A stretch of DNA of 64,000 nucleotides from an uncultured Pseudomonadota bacterium (GCA_949300375.1 CASGEB010000001.1:12468-76467), one strand, 5' to 3'; positions 28,699 through 37,886 are shown, counted from the first letter of the stretch. Made by a program: numbers and translations. The notes: generated from the letters alone by a model not told the origin.

Positions 28699-30271
28699 AT
28701 CTGCTGTGCGTATTATCACGCATTGCCAACAGCAAAGTGTTTTTATTCTGGCGGTTTGTGGCTGTAAATTTGCCCTTAAACTTATTGGCTCTGTTCATCA
28801 ACCCGTTATAATCATTGCTTTTTCTGCCGTTCTTTTTATGGTTTTTGTTAATAAAATCAACTCTGGCTTTGACCATATGGTCATAAAAATATTGTTCATT
28901 CAAAGCCTTATCTGAAATCCCGTTAGCCAGTTCCAGAATTTTATCCGTGCTGCGGACATTTTTGCGGCCGCGTGCCTGATAAATTCCGTCGGCAATAATC
29001 TTCGATGCCGTTCTTGATGAGTGGTTAACCCTGATATCAAACAGCAGCAAAGCAATGCTTTCATTCTTAAAATCGCCGATTCGATAATGGTCGTAAAAAT
29101 CGCACTTATAAATCAGTTCGCATTGTTCCTTGTTCAGATTTTTAATATTTTTTGCTGTTGGAAAATCAAGCTTTCTGGCCAGTTCTTTATTATTTCTCCA
29201 AAAGCTGTTTAACGTAACGCTGGTAATCCCCATCTGCGTCGGATAGTCCCACGGCACATTGCGGTACCCGCCTTCATTTTTAAAAATAATTCCCATAAAC
29301 CGCTGAAATTTCTCGTCATCCAAACCATATTTTCTTCTGATTTCTTCCGGAAACTGTCCTTTTTTTGAAACACCGGCCTCTGTTTTCTTATGTTCTTTTG
29401 TTTTGGAGGATTCAACGGCTTTCTCGACCGGCTTGGCCTCTTCTTTTGTCTCCGGAACAATTTCTTCTTCCTCCCAAAATTCTTCCGATTCGACAAACTC
29501 CGCCATATTCTCGTCTTCCGGCAGATTTTCAGCCCTGATAAAGTTCTCGGTCTTGTCTTTTTCTTTCTGTTTGGATTGCAATTGCTGGCTTGCATACATT
29601 CCGCCGCCCAGCGTCAAAGTCGTCAAAGCGGCTCCAATAACCGTCTTCTTGGCCAAATCGCAAAAACGCCGGGCATCAAGACTGACTTTTCGCGTTCCGC
29701 CGGAATTTTCCAGCAAAATTTTCGCACCGTTAAAAGCTGACTTGGCGCCTTTGGCCAAAAATGCGGCAAATTCGGCGGCTTTCTCTTTTGCATTTTTCAA
29801 AAGATAGCGGTTATAAGCTTCCGACATTGTCTCAATATTGTCCAGGCCAAGCTCAGTCAGGCACTCATCCCGGATTCCGCATTCATTTGTCTTCCGGGTA
29901 TAAATCACAGCCCGGCGATAATCGCGATGAGCCGCCCGCATAATCTCGCCGACCATCTCGCTGTCCGCTTTATCGCTGTCCCGATCCTTAAAAGGCACAA
30001 CAAACGTCCCGCCGTTAAACAAAATCTTACGCGGCGCGATGCCCTCTTCTTTATAACGTTGAATGTCCCTGTACTGCCGGCTGAAATAACCCCTGATAAA
30101 ATTTTCTTTCGCATCGGCTATCGTCAAAAAATTTCTGATATAAAAACACGGAATAATCACCGTCTGGTTATCAATTTTAATAACTTGCGGCGTCATATTA
30201 TATCTGGCATATTCCTGTGTCAAAAACCGGGATACCGCATCATTGGGAATATCTTTGGCATTCTTGCTCAT
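28697..30271 (-). CDS. Hypothetical protein with a central TM segment, an acidic linker and a C-terminal GH108-like (N-acetylmuramidase-fold) domain
   Basis: The C-terminal segment FKNEGGYRNVPWDYPTQMGIT...LLFDIRVNHS matches the EGGY..GIT and D..N pattern of GH108/PF05838. The N-terminal ~240 aa have no recognisable motif. The start taken is MSKNAK (30271). Confidence 0.6.
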   Translation of the reverse strand: MSKNAKDIPNDAVSRFLTQEYARYNMTPQVIKIDNQTVIIPCFYIRNFLTIADAKENFIRGYFSRQYRDIQRYKEEGIAPRKILFNGGTFVVPFKDRDSDKADSEMVGEIMRAAHRDYRRAVIYTRKTNECGIRDECLTELGLDNIETMSEAYNRYLLKNAKEKAAEFAAFLAKGAKSAFNGAKILLENSGGTRKVSLDARRFCDLAKKTVIGAALTTLTLGGGMYASQQLQSKQKEKDKTENFIRAENLPEDENMAEFVESEEFWEEEEIVPETKEEAKPVEKAVESSKTKEHKKTEAGVSKKGQFPEEIRRKYGLDDEKFQRFMGIIFKNEGGYRNVPWDYPTQMGITSVTLNSFWRNNKELARKLDFPTAKNIKNLNKEQCELIYKCDFYDHYRIGDFKNESIALLLFDIRVNHSSRTASKIIADGIYQARGRKNVRSTDKILELANGISDKALNEQYFYDHMVKARVDFINKNHKKNGRKSNDYNGLMNRANKFKGKFTATNRQNKNTLLLAMRDNTHSR

Positions 30272-30331
30272 AAAATTGTCTCCGCTATATACTTTAGCAG
30301 TATTATAACAAAGACTGGTCATAGAATCAAT

Positions 30332-30356
30332 AAAAAAGGGCTGTCGCGGCAGCCCC
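30332..30356 (-). terminator. Rho-independent terminator after the csoR-like gene
   Basis: On the minus strand the stem is ggggctgc/gcagccc, followed by ttttttatt. Confidence 0.8.
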
Positions 30357-30360
30357 GTAA

Positions 30361-30651
30361 TTATTCTTCAAAACGGTCAAAAAGCATTTTCAGTTCCGCA
30401 ATTTTTTCGGCCTTGTCCTCCTCACTGTCAAAAGACTGGGCAACACAAGACTGCAGATGACGGTTCAGAATATTCCCTTCCACAGCCCTGATTGCAGAAC
30501 GAACGGCCTTCAGCTGAATCAAAATTTCAGGACAATACCGGTTTTCGGCAATCATCTTTTTCACACCTTCCAACTGGCCGAGAATCCGGTTCAGCCTCGG
30601 CAATTCTGCTTCATGGTTCGGATGCTTTGAAAAATTTTGACCTCCTGTCAT
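30361..30651 (-). CDS. csoR: CsoR-family metal-sensing transcriptional repressor (Cu(I)-type C-H-C ligand set)
   Basis: 96 aa from MTGGQN, with LNRILGQLEGVKKMI..RYCPEILIQLKAVRSAI..NRHLQSC. By my count the ligands are Cys40, His65 and Cys69, the same 25/4 spacing as canonical CsoR. Confidence 0.8.
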   Translation of the reverse strand: MTGGQNFSKHPNHEAELPRLNRILGQLEGVKKMIAENRYCPEILIQLKAVRSAIRAVEGNILNRHLQSCVAQSFDSEEDKAEKIAELKMLFDRFEE

Positions 30652-30655
30652 CTTT

Positions 30656-30841
30656 TTAACCCTTATGGCAAGAACATTTATCACTGCATTTATGCTCTTC
30701 ATTGCAATGGCAGTCATCGCCGCAGGTACAATGCTCGTTGCATCCGCAGCCTTCTCCGCATTGATGCGTTTCATCGCAAGTGCAGTTATCGCCGCAGGTA
30801 CAGTTCGGATTTTTACATTTCGGATTGTTGCAATTTCTCAT
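30656..30841 (-). CDS. Cys/His-rich metallothionein-like small protein (61 aa, 16 Cys, 5 His)
   Basis: MRNCNNPKCKNPNCTCGDNCTCDETHQCGEGCGCNEHCTCGDDCHCNEEHKCSDKCSCHKG. A strong SD aaggag lies 6-7 nt upstream of the ATG at 30841. The stop is 4 nt before the csoR start. Confidence 0.65.
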   Translation of the reverse strand: MRNCNNPKCKNPNCTCGDNCTCDETHQCGEGCGCNEHCTCGDDCHCNEEHKCSDKCSCHKG

Positions 30842-30864
30842 TTTTTTCTCCTTCTTTGACAATA

Positions 30865-30915
30865 TACCCCCACAGGGTACAATTGAAATATACCCCGACG
30901 CGGTATAAAAGTCAA
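30865..30915 (-). promoter_or_regulatory. Sigma70-like promoter with two CsoR-type palindromic operators
   Basis: On the minus strand: -35 ttgact (30915-30910), a 17-nt spacer and -10 tatatt (30892-30887). Palindrome ATACC-n7-GGTAT (30890-30906) spans the spacer and the -10. Palindrome TACCC-n5-GGGTA (30865-30879) lies just downstream. Confidence 0.55.
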
Positions 30916-30992
30916 TAAATTTTTCGTCCCCCGTTGAAGATAATAAAATCAATCTTATATACCAAACATCACATTAACAATAGAGGAAAAAC

Positions 30993-31253
30993 ATGTACAC
31001 GCCCAAACAAGGAGATAAAGTGGAAATCAAAGATTTTTCCAACCGCCCGTTTCAGGAAGACGACGAAAAAAACTTTTTTGTAAAAACCATTGCCGAAGAA
31101 AAACTGATTGATACGGCCGCCGGCCTGGACGATGAAGAAGAGTTTGAAAAAGATATGCTCAATTACGGCGACTTTGAAGACCTGCCCGACAGCGACCGCG
31201 AAACCATCTGCCGCAGCAAAGGCATAAACATAAACAATTGTCTGAAATTATAA
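30993..31253 (+). CDS. Hypothetical small acidic protein
   Basis: 86 aa with an SD agagga upstream and many D/E residues. It is divergent from the metallothionein-like operon. Confidence 0.4.
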   Translation: MYTPKQGDKVEIKDFSNRPFQEDDEKNFFVKTIAEEKLIDTAAGLDDEEEFEKDMLNYGDFEDLPDSDRETICRSKGININNCLKL

Positions 31254-31266
31254 CCATAAATTTCTA

Positions 31267-31298
31267 AAAATTAAAATATATCAAAATTAAAATATATC
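31267..31298. repeat. Perfect 2 x 16-bp tandem repeat (aaaattaaaatatatc)
   Basis: Read directly from the sequence. It lies about 30 nt upstream of the -35 of the DUF805 gene promoter. Confidence 0.9.
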
Positions 31299-31326
31299 AA
31301 AAAGTTCCCCTTACTTAAAAAAAAAA

Positions 31327-31354
31327 TTGACATTTCTCCCAATCCTTTTATCAT
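31327..31354 (+). promoter_or_regulatory. Sigma70-like promoter of the DUF805 gene
   Basis: -35 ttgaca (31327-31332), a 16-nt spacer and -10 tatcat (31349-31354). Confidence 0.45.
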
Positions 31355-31387
31355 ATGGTAAAACAAATAGTTATAGGGAGACAATTA

Positions 31388-31993
31388 ATGACAACCTCTG
31401 TCCCAACCGGAATATGGCAATCTTATCTAAACGCTTTTCGCCGCTATTTTAACATTTCCGGTTATGCTGCCCGTAAAGAATTTTGGTCTTTCACACTGAT
31501 AAACATTTTATTTATCTTCTTATTAATATATTTCGCTCGTACAGTTCCCCTTTTAACTATCATAGCTGTTCTCTATGGCCTTTTCATGCTGATTCCGATG
31601 GCCGCGATAACAATCCGGCGTTTCAATGATGCCGGCAAAAGTATTTGGACGCTTTTTCTGCTACAAATAATCTCTTTCGGCGTTTCTTTTGTCTTACCTG
31701 CCGTCGGCGCTAAAACTATTCAACTTTTAATAAGCCTATATATCTTGTATATTTTACTCCGCGACACCAGAGAACATCCTGAAACGGCAGAAAAAGCCAC
31801 TGTCGGCGCCCGGATTATTTTCACCCTGATGTACGTCGTTCCTTTACTTCTTATCATTGCTGTACTGGTTACCGGAATATTCTCCGGATACTTCAAGGCA
31901 ATGACAAAATACAAAGCCCTTAAAACACTAAATCAGGAAAAACACGTTGAAATGCTCTGCCCGCAGTCTTCATTTCCGTTTCATTTAACATAA
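31388..31993 (+). CDS. DUF805-family inner membrane protein
   Basis: It carries SGYAARKEFWSFTLIN and ITIRRFNDAGKS signatures and several TM helices. The start taken is the ATG at 31388, behind a gggaga SD. Confidence 0.7.
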   Translation: MTTSVPTGIWQSYLNAFRRYFNISGYAARKEFWSFTLINILFIFLLIYFARTVPLLTIIAVLYGLFMLIPMAAITIRRFNDAGKSIWTLFLLQIISFGVSFVLPAVGAKTIQLLISLYILYILLRDTREHPETAEKATVGARIIFTLMYVVPLLLIIAVLVTGIFSGYFKAMTKYKALKTLNQEKHVEMLCPQSSFPFHLT

Positions 31994-32035
31994 ACACGGT
32001 CTCTCCCGCTTAAAAGAAACGGCAGTTCATCCGGA

Positions 32036-32728
32036 TTATTTTCGGCGCATTTTGCGAATTTGTTTTTTGACCGCTGGAGAAACGCGAAAAGATTCGCAGA
32101 TTTTTTGCAAAGTTTTGTTAAAACTCCAGTCATCCATACCGGACTTTTCCAAGTAACCAACTGTTTGTACCGGAAATTTGATAAAACATTCCGCCGCCAG
32201 CCAGGCCTTTGCCATTTTTACATAATATCCCGCGGGTTCAGATTTATCCAATATCTCAAATATCTTCCCGAGATATTTTTCTTCAACAAAAAACCAAAGC
32301 AACGCCACCAGACCGAAACGAATTTCAAATTCTTTGCTTGAAGACAGATATTTTTGCAGCCATTTCCACCCGATTTCCTGATTCTTCTTTAAAACTTTAA
32401 AACTTGAGCAACAGCAGTCGCACACAGACCAGCTGTTAATCTTGGGCACAAAATCTTCAAGATACGGTCGGACGGTTCCCCATTCCGCTTTGGCATACCC
32501 AATAATCAAACCCTGCAGCATAAGGCTTTCCATATAAGTCTCATCCGGATCGGACAAATACCCCTGCCAGTCGTCTGCTGCAACTTCCTGAGCCAGTTTT
32601 CTCAGTTTGGGAATCCTGACGCCCAACACGTTTTCAACCCCCGGAAGCAGCGCCGCCGAAAATTTCTGATACCCGCCTTCTGCCAGCTGTTCCAAATTTT
32701 GTCTGATTTCTTCTTTATATGCTTTCAT
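32036..32728 (-). CDS. DNA alkylation repair enzyme family protein (AlkD-like HEAT repeats)
   Basis: 230 aa. The N-terminal pattern ..KFSAALLPGVENVLGVRIPKLRKLA.. is typical of PF08713. Confidence 0.6.
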   Translation of the reverse strand: MKAYKEEIRQNLEQLAEGGYQKFSAALLPGVENVLGVRIPKLRKLAQEVAADDWQGYLSDPDETYMESLMLQGLIIGYAKAEWGTVRPYLEDFVPKINSWSVCDCCCSSFKVLKKNQEIGWKWLQKYLSSSKEFEIRFGLVALLWFFVEEKYLGKIFEILDKSEPAGYYVKMAKAWLAAECFIKFPVQTVGYLEKSGMDDWSFNKTLQKICESFRVSPAVKKQIRKMRRK

Positions 32729-32817
32729 ACTTTTTTATCCCCGGATATCATACTGTCTTGATAAATTCCTGCCAAGAATTATCTTATATTAATAAAAAAA
32801 TTTTTTCAGAGAAAGAA

Positions 32818-33924
32818 ATGCCGTTAACGTTTAATATAACAAAACAAACCTTGGAACTGAATATCAGCGGAAATTTTTCAGGCTATGACAATGAAGCCGA
32901 AAAAACGGCTCTGTTTAATGCCGCCGCCAAAGCCCAAAACATTTTGGTTAAAGCTTCCGGCTTAGGACACTGGGACTCCACGCTGGTCGTAATTTTGTAT
33001 GAACTCGCCAAACGCGCCGGCAAACAAAAAACATCTTATGACTTTTCTTCTCTCCCCGAAAATCTGCGCAGACTGGTTTCTCTGGCTTTGAAAGTTGACC
33101 GCAACCCGCCCTCTCCGCCAAACCGTGCCACTCCCTGGTTGGAAGCCTTGGGCGGTTGGGGATTAAACACATATACGGGTTTTGTCGGCGGCATAAAATT
33201 CCTCGGCCGGCTGTTAAACTCAATCGGGCGTTTTCTGACCGGAAAGGCTGTTATGCGTCCGGTAGACTTTTTGTTTGCCCTGGAAGACTGCGGTTACCGT
33301 GCTGTTGCAATTGTTTCTCTGGTCAGCTTTATGGTTGGGCTGATTCTGGCTTTTGTCGGCGCCATCCAACTGCAGACTTTCGGTGCACAGATTTATGTGG
33401 CCAGCCTGGTAACAATCGGTATGACCAGAATTATGGGTGCCATCATGGCCGGCATCATCATGGCCGGCCGCACCGGCGCTTCTTATGCCGCGGCCATTGG
33501 CACGATGCAGGTAAACGAAGAAGTAGACGCGCTAAAAACCATGGGCGTTCCGGTTACCGATTTTCTGGTTCTGCCCCGTACCTTAAGCCTTCTCATAACC
33601 ATGCCGGTGCTGACGGTTCTGGCCGATTTTATGGGCATATTCGGCGGTTTGTTTGTCGGGACGGTTATGTTAGATATTTCTTTGCAGGAATATATCAAAT
33701 ACTCGGTTGACACTTTCGGCATGACCAATTTTCTGGTCGGTGTTTTTCATGGCTTTTTATACGGGTTGATTATCTCGCTTTGCGGCTGCTATTACGGCAT
33801 CAACTGCGGACGCAATGCCGACAGCGTCGGTATGGCCGCTACCAAAGCCGTTGTTTCGGCAATTGTCTGGATGATTGTCGTTACCGGCATACTCACATTT
33901 ATCTTTAAGGTTTTGGAAATATGA
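32818..33924 (+). CDS. MlaE-family ABC transporter permease with an N-terminal STAS-like extension
   Basis: The C-terminal ~260 aa are MlaE-like (multi-TM, GAQIYVA..TRIMGAIMAGIIMAGRTGAS). The start taken is the ATG at 32818. It overlaps the next gene by 4 nt. Confidence 0.8.
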   Translation: MPLTFNITKQTLELNISGNFSGYDNEAEKTALFNAAAKAQNILVKASGLGHWDSTLVVILYELAKRAGKQKTSYDFSSLPENLRRLVSLALKVDRNPPSPPNRATPWLEALGGWGLNTYTGFVGGIKFLGRLLNSIGRFLTGKAVMRPVDFLFALEDCGYRAVAIVSLVSFMVGLILAFVGAIQLQTFGAQIYVASLVTIGMTRIMGAIMAGIIMAGRTGASYAAAIGTMQVNEEVDALKTMGVPVTDFLVLPRTLSLLITMPVLTVLADFMGIFGGLFVGTVMLDISLQEYIKYSVDTFGMTNFLVGVFHGFLYGLIISLCGCYYGINCGRNADSVGMAATKAVVSAIVWMIVVTGILTFIFKVLEI

Positions 33925-34685
33925 GCAGACAGCAGCCGGAAATAGAAGTAAAAAACCTGACTCTGGGTTATGGAAACTTTACACTGATGAAAGACATCAG
34001 TTTCCAAGTCAACAAAGGCGACATATTCATCATTATGGGAGCCAGCGGCGGCGGCAAAAGCACGCTGTTAAAAGCCCTGACCGGACTACTGGAACCTTTT
34101 GGCGGACAAATCCGCGTCGGCGGCACGGATTTTACCAAGGCCTCGCCGCAGCAGCGCAACCAAATTATGCAGCGCTGCGGCATATTATACCAGAGCGGAG
34201 CCCTGTTCAGCTCAATGACTCTGGCCGAAAACATCGCCTTGCCGCTGCAACGCTATACGGCGTATTCCTCCAAATTAATCAGCGAACTTGTATCTTTGAA
34301 ACTGGCGCTTGTCGGGCTGTCCGGATTTGAAGACTATTACCCTTCAGAAATCAGCGGCGGGATGAAAAAGCGCGCCGGACTTGCCCGCGCCCTGGCTCTT
34401 GACCCTGAAATCGTCTATTTTGACGAGCCTTCCGCCGGACTCGACCCGATAAGCTCAAAGCTGCTTGACGACCTGATTTTGGACCTCAACCAAAGTCTGG
34501 GAACAACCATTGTTATTGTAACGCATGAACTCGATTCAATATTTGCCATCGGCAGCAATTCGATTTTTCTGGATGCCGATACCAAAGGCATCTCCGGCCG
34601 CGGCAACCCTAAAGAACTTTTAAAAACCACAAAAAACCCCAAACTTCGCGAATTTTTAACGCGTGGAGGAGAAAAAAATGCCTAA
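33921..34685 (+). CDS. MlaF-like ABC transporter ATP-binding protein
   Basis: It has Walker A GASGGGKST, the signature SGGMKKR and Walker B VYFDEP. Confidence 0.9.
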   Translation: MSRQQPEIEVKNLTLGYGNFTLMKDISFQVNKGDIFIIMGASGGGKSTLLKALTGLLEPFGGQIRVGGTDFTKASPQQRNQIMQRCGILYQSGALFSSMTLAENIALPLQRYTAYSSKLISELVSLKLALVGLSGFEDYYPSEISGGMKKRAGLARALALDPEIVYFDEPSAGLDPISSKLLDDLILDLNQSLGTTIVIVTHELDSIFAIGSNSIFLDADTKGISGRGNPKELLKTTKNPKLREFLTRGGEKNA

Positions 34686-35439
34686 ACAACCCAACAAAAC
34701 CTTAATCGGCCTTTTTATTGCCGCCGGCATTGCCATCATTGTTATCACGGCCGGCATATACGTTAAAACCCGCCTGTCAGGCAATAAACAAAACACTGTT
34801 GTAATGTATTTTGAAGAATCCATCAAAGGTCTGACCGTCGGTTCTGCCGTCATATTTAAAGGGGTAGAAATCGGAAACGTTACAAAAATCGGCATTATCG
34901 CCGACCCCGATTCAATGGATTTCGGCATTGTCGTCTACGCAGAATTAAACAATCAGAACATTAAAGCAATTGCCGAATATAGAGACAAGAAAAAACTTCT
35001 CGAAACAATGATAGAAAAAGGTCTTCGCGCCCGCTTAACCACCAAAAGCTATGTTACCGGTCAGTTAATGATTGAATTTGCTATTCTGCCAAACTCTCCG
35101 GCTTTTGCCCAAACCAACCGCCAGGGTTATCTGGTCGTGCCGACAACCCTGTCATCATTGGCCGAACTGTCCAAAGACCTGCAAAGCCTGCCTGTCAGAC
35201 AAAGCATTGATAACTTCAATAAATTCTTTACGAACCTGAACGCTCAAATGCCGCAGGTTGAAAGCATCATTGATAAAATTGATTCCCTGATGGGCAACAA
35301 CCCGCGCGCCGTAACCGGAACGTTGTATAACCTGAACCAAACCATGGCCAGCATTCGCGAGGCTTCCGATTCCTTCCGCAACCTGACAGACTATCTGGAA
35401 CGCCATCCGGAAGCCCTTTTGAAAGGAAAAGAAAAATGA
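34678..35439 (+). CDS. MCE/MlaD-family substrate-binding protein
   Basis: It has an N-terminal TM anchor followed by an MCE domain (GLTVGSAVIFKGVEIGNV). It overlaps mlaF-like by 8 nt. Confidence 0.8.
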   Translation: MPKQPNKTLIGLFIAAGIAIIVITAGIYVKTRLSGNKQNTVVMYFEESIKGLTVGSAVIFKGVEIGNVTKIGIIADPDSMDFGIVVYAELNNQNIKAIAEYRDKKKLLETMIEKGLRARLTTKSYVTGQLMIEFAILPNSPAFAQTNRQGYLVVPTTLSSLAELSKDLQSLPVRQSIDNFNKFFTNLNAQMPQVESIIDKIDSLMGNNPRAVTGTLYNLNQTMASIREASDSFRNLTDYLERHPEALLKGKEK

Positions 35440-36005
35440 AAAAACTAATAAGCTTATGCGCATTTTTTCTTCTTTGCGGCTGTATCGGTTTCACGGAAAG
35501 CCCGCCGTCTCAGTTTTATATGCTCAAAACCGTCCCGGCTGAACCGATAAGCCGGACACGCTTAAACATCGGCATTCAGGAAGTCCAGATTCCCGAATAC
35601 ATAAACCGTCCGCAAATTGTAACAATTGAAAACAAAGTAGAATACAACATATCGGAGTTCAACCGCTGGAGTTCATCCTTATCCGGCATTATCCGCCGCA
35701 CGCTGGCGTCCGATATGGCCTATCTGCTGCCCCAATCGTTCATAAAACCAAGCAGTATCATAAGCGACAATTACAACTACACCATTTCGATTGAAATCAA
35801 CCGGCTGGACGGTGAATTTGATAAAAACGCCGCACTGGAAGCCTGGTGGTACATACTGAACCGCAAAGGGCAAATTGTCTATCGCGGACAAACAAGCTTG
35901 TCTCAGCCGGCCGGAGACAACTATGAAGAACTTGTCTCCGCTCAAAGCCTGCTTTTGGCAGAAATGGCAAAAGAAATCATACAAAAACTGTTAGCCGTTC
36001 AATAA
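35436..36005 (+). CDS. ABC-type transport auxiliary lipoprotein (PqiC/DUF330-like)
   Basis: It has the lipobox FLLCGC and is about 190 aa. It is the last gene of the MCE operon, with a 4-nt overlap. Confidence 0.6.
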   Translation: MKKLISLCAFFLLCGCIGFTESPPSQFYMLKTVPAEPISRTRLNIGIQEVQIPEYINRPQIVTIENKVEYNISEFNRWSSSLSGIIRRTLASDMAYLLPQSFIKPSSIISDNYNYTISIEINRLDGEFDKNAALEAWWYILNRKGQIVYRGQTSLSQPAGDNYEELVSAQSLLLAEMAKEIIQKLLAVQ

Positions 36006-36112
36006 CCTTTACGCTGTTTCAATAAAACTCCCGGTACAGATTGACTTCTCCGGAATATTATGCTATTTTTTTCAGGCAAAAATAAAATTATGTCTAATTA
36101 ATATTTTTATGT

Positions 36113-36967
36113 ATGAAACATTTTATTATTACCAAAGCTGCCGGCCTTAACATTTTATGGCTGTGGGACAGTCGGTTGGAGTATTTTCAAAAACTTGACG
36201 AAGGTATCTTTGCCCGAAGCAGTCCGTCTAATACTGAAGCTCAAATTGGAGATTCTGAAAAAGACTTTCGTTTCTTTTGGTTGGAAGACGATAACCTTTT
36301 TCAAACGCCAGAGCATTGTTCTGCTGTTAAAAACTACAAAAAATGTCTGCTATACCAAAAAAATAATTTTTGGTATTTAAAACAGGACAAATCTTCAGAC
36401 AAAGAAGAATGCCTGGGAACAGCAGATAATTATAAATCGACTGCAATGACAAAAGAAACTTTTTATATAAAAGATATTTCAGAAAAAGATTATATAATAA
36501 GTTTTCTGACAATTGAACCTTTTAGCCTTGTTCAAAAAAAATACTGCTTTCCCTACTGTGTTTACAACAACCTGATTATCGTCGGCCGAAAAGATGAATA
36601 TTTTGACATCTACCAAAACGGAAGACTGTTGCAAGAAAATATGGTAATGATTAACGATTACCGCAGTCCGGCAAAAATATACGGATATGTGCAAGAAGCA
36701 GAAGCTTACCGCTTTTTGGCGTCAGAGCTAAGCGCAATATCTTTCAACAATGCGTATTTGGCATTGGACAAAGAAAAAAAAGCCCGGCTGTATTTCGTTG
36801 AAAACGGAAATGCAACAATGATTGACAGGGGAAAGTTAAAAGAGAGCCGCAAAGGTTTTCAAATTAATGACAAACTCTATCCTGTCGTAGATTCATCTGT
36901 GCAGTCGGATAAAGCCCGTCTGACAGTTTATGGAAAAATAAAAAACTTTTTTTTCAAAAAAACTTAA
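36113..36967 (+). CDS. Hypothetical protein
   Basis: 284-aa ORF, AT-rich, with no recognisable motif. It is followed by a strong bidirectional terminator. Confidence 0.45.
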   Translation: MKHFIITKAAGLNILWLWDSRLEYFQKLDEGIFARSSPSNTEAQIGDSEKDFRFFWLEDDNLFQTPEHCSAVKNYKKCLLYQKNNFWYLKQDKSSDKEECLGTADNYKSTAMTKETFYIKDISEKDYIISFLTIEPFSLVQKKYCFPYCVYNNLIIVGRKDEYFDIYQNGRLLQENMVMINDYRSPAKIYGYVQEAEAYRFLASELSAISFNNAYLALDKEKKARLYFVENGNATMIDRGKLKESRKGFQINDKLYPVVDSSVQSDKARLTVYGKIKNFFFKKT

Positions 36968-36983
36968 AAACTAAAAAATCATC

Positions 36984-37020
36984 AAAAAAGACCGGAAAGT
37001 TTAATTTTCCGGTCTTTTTT
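36984..37020. terminator. Bidirectional hairpin terminator
   Basis: Stem aaaaaagaccggaaa/tttccggtctttttt between convergent ORFs. Confidence 0.85.
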
Positions 37021-37021
37021 A

Positions 37022-37726
37022 TTATAATTTAAAGTAATCTTCAAAAGAAATATACTCCCGGCAATTCTGCTCTTTCGCACCAAGAAGCTCTGCCCCGACG
37101 CAAATGCCTGCGATATACAACGGAACAACTTTTCTTTCTTTATAAAGTTTATCCGGATATTGTTTTACCCGCGCCGCAGCAAAATAAGCATTATAAGGCT
37201 TGGCATATTTCACCAGATGCTTCCATGAAACCTCTGCGCAAAATTCTTTCGGAGTAATCAGATAACTATTTGTCATCTTTTTTTGAAAATCTTTATCAAA
37301 TTCTGTATGAAAATATACGCCGCCGATACAATATCCTGTTTGATTTTGAAAGGGCGGAAGCATTAATGCGCTAAAACTGATATAACTCCTGTCTTTTATT
37401 TTGGCTCCGTATCCGACCGGATCTTGATAAAAGGTTTCATACCCCAGAGTATCTTCCGAAAAATCTCGCTGAAAAACCAGCTTGTCTTCTTGAACCACGC
37501 TAAAAAAAGGATGTCCGGTAAAAGTTTCTTCTTCAATCGTTGCAAAAGAACTCAGAGAAAATCGCGTCGGCTTATCCATAAAAATAAACCATTGCCGTTT
37601 CTGCCACATAGTTTCCGAACCCAATTCCATTGCCAAAATTTTATACGACAGAGAACATTTAACGCTAAATTTCACAAAACGTCCGTCCCACCAGCAAGGC
37701 GGTAAAATTTCCTTATAAATTTCCAT
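37022..37726 (-). CDS. Hypothetical protein
   Basis: The ORF runs to 37795. The ATG at 37726 (MEIYKE) is preferred. No recognisable motif. Confidence 0.45.
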   Translation of the reverse strand: MEIYKEILPPCWWDGRFVKFSVKCSLSYKILAMELGSETMWQKRQWFIFMDKPTRFSLSSFATIEEETFTGHPFFSVVQEDKLVFQRDFSEDTLGYETFYQDPVGYGAKIKDRSYISFSALMLPPFQNQTGYCIGGVYFHTEFDKDFQKKMTNSYLITPKEFCAEVSWKHLVKYAKPYNAYFAAARVKQYPDKLYKERKVVPLYIAGICVGAELLGAKEQNCREYISFEDYFKL

Positions 37727-37886
37727 AATGATACTTTTATTAATTAATAATTCTATTAAACACGACAAAATTACTGCTCTTTGCATAAAAGTCAAGAAGA
37801 AAGGATTGCCGGATTATATCTTGACAATTACAATATGTAGCATATATTATATATATAAGAATTAATATATTACAAAAGAGGCAATT

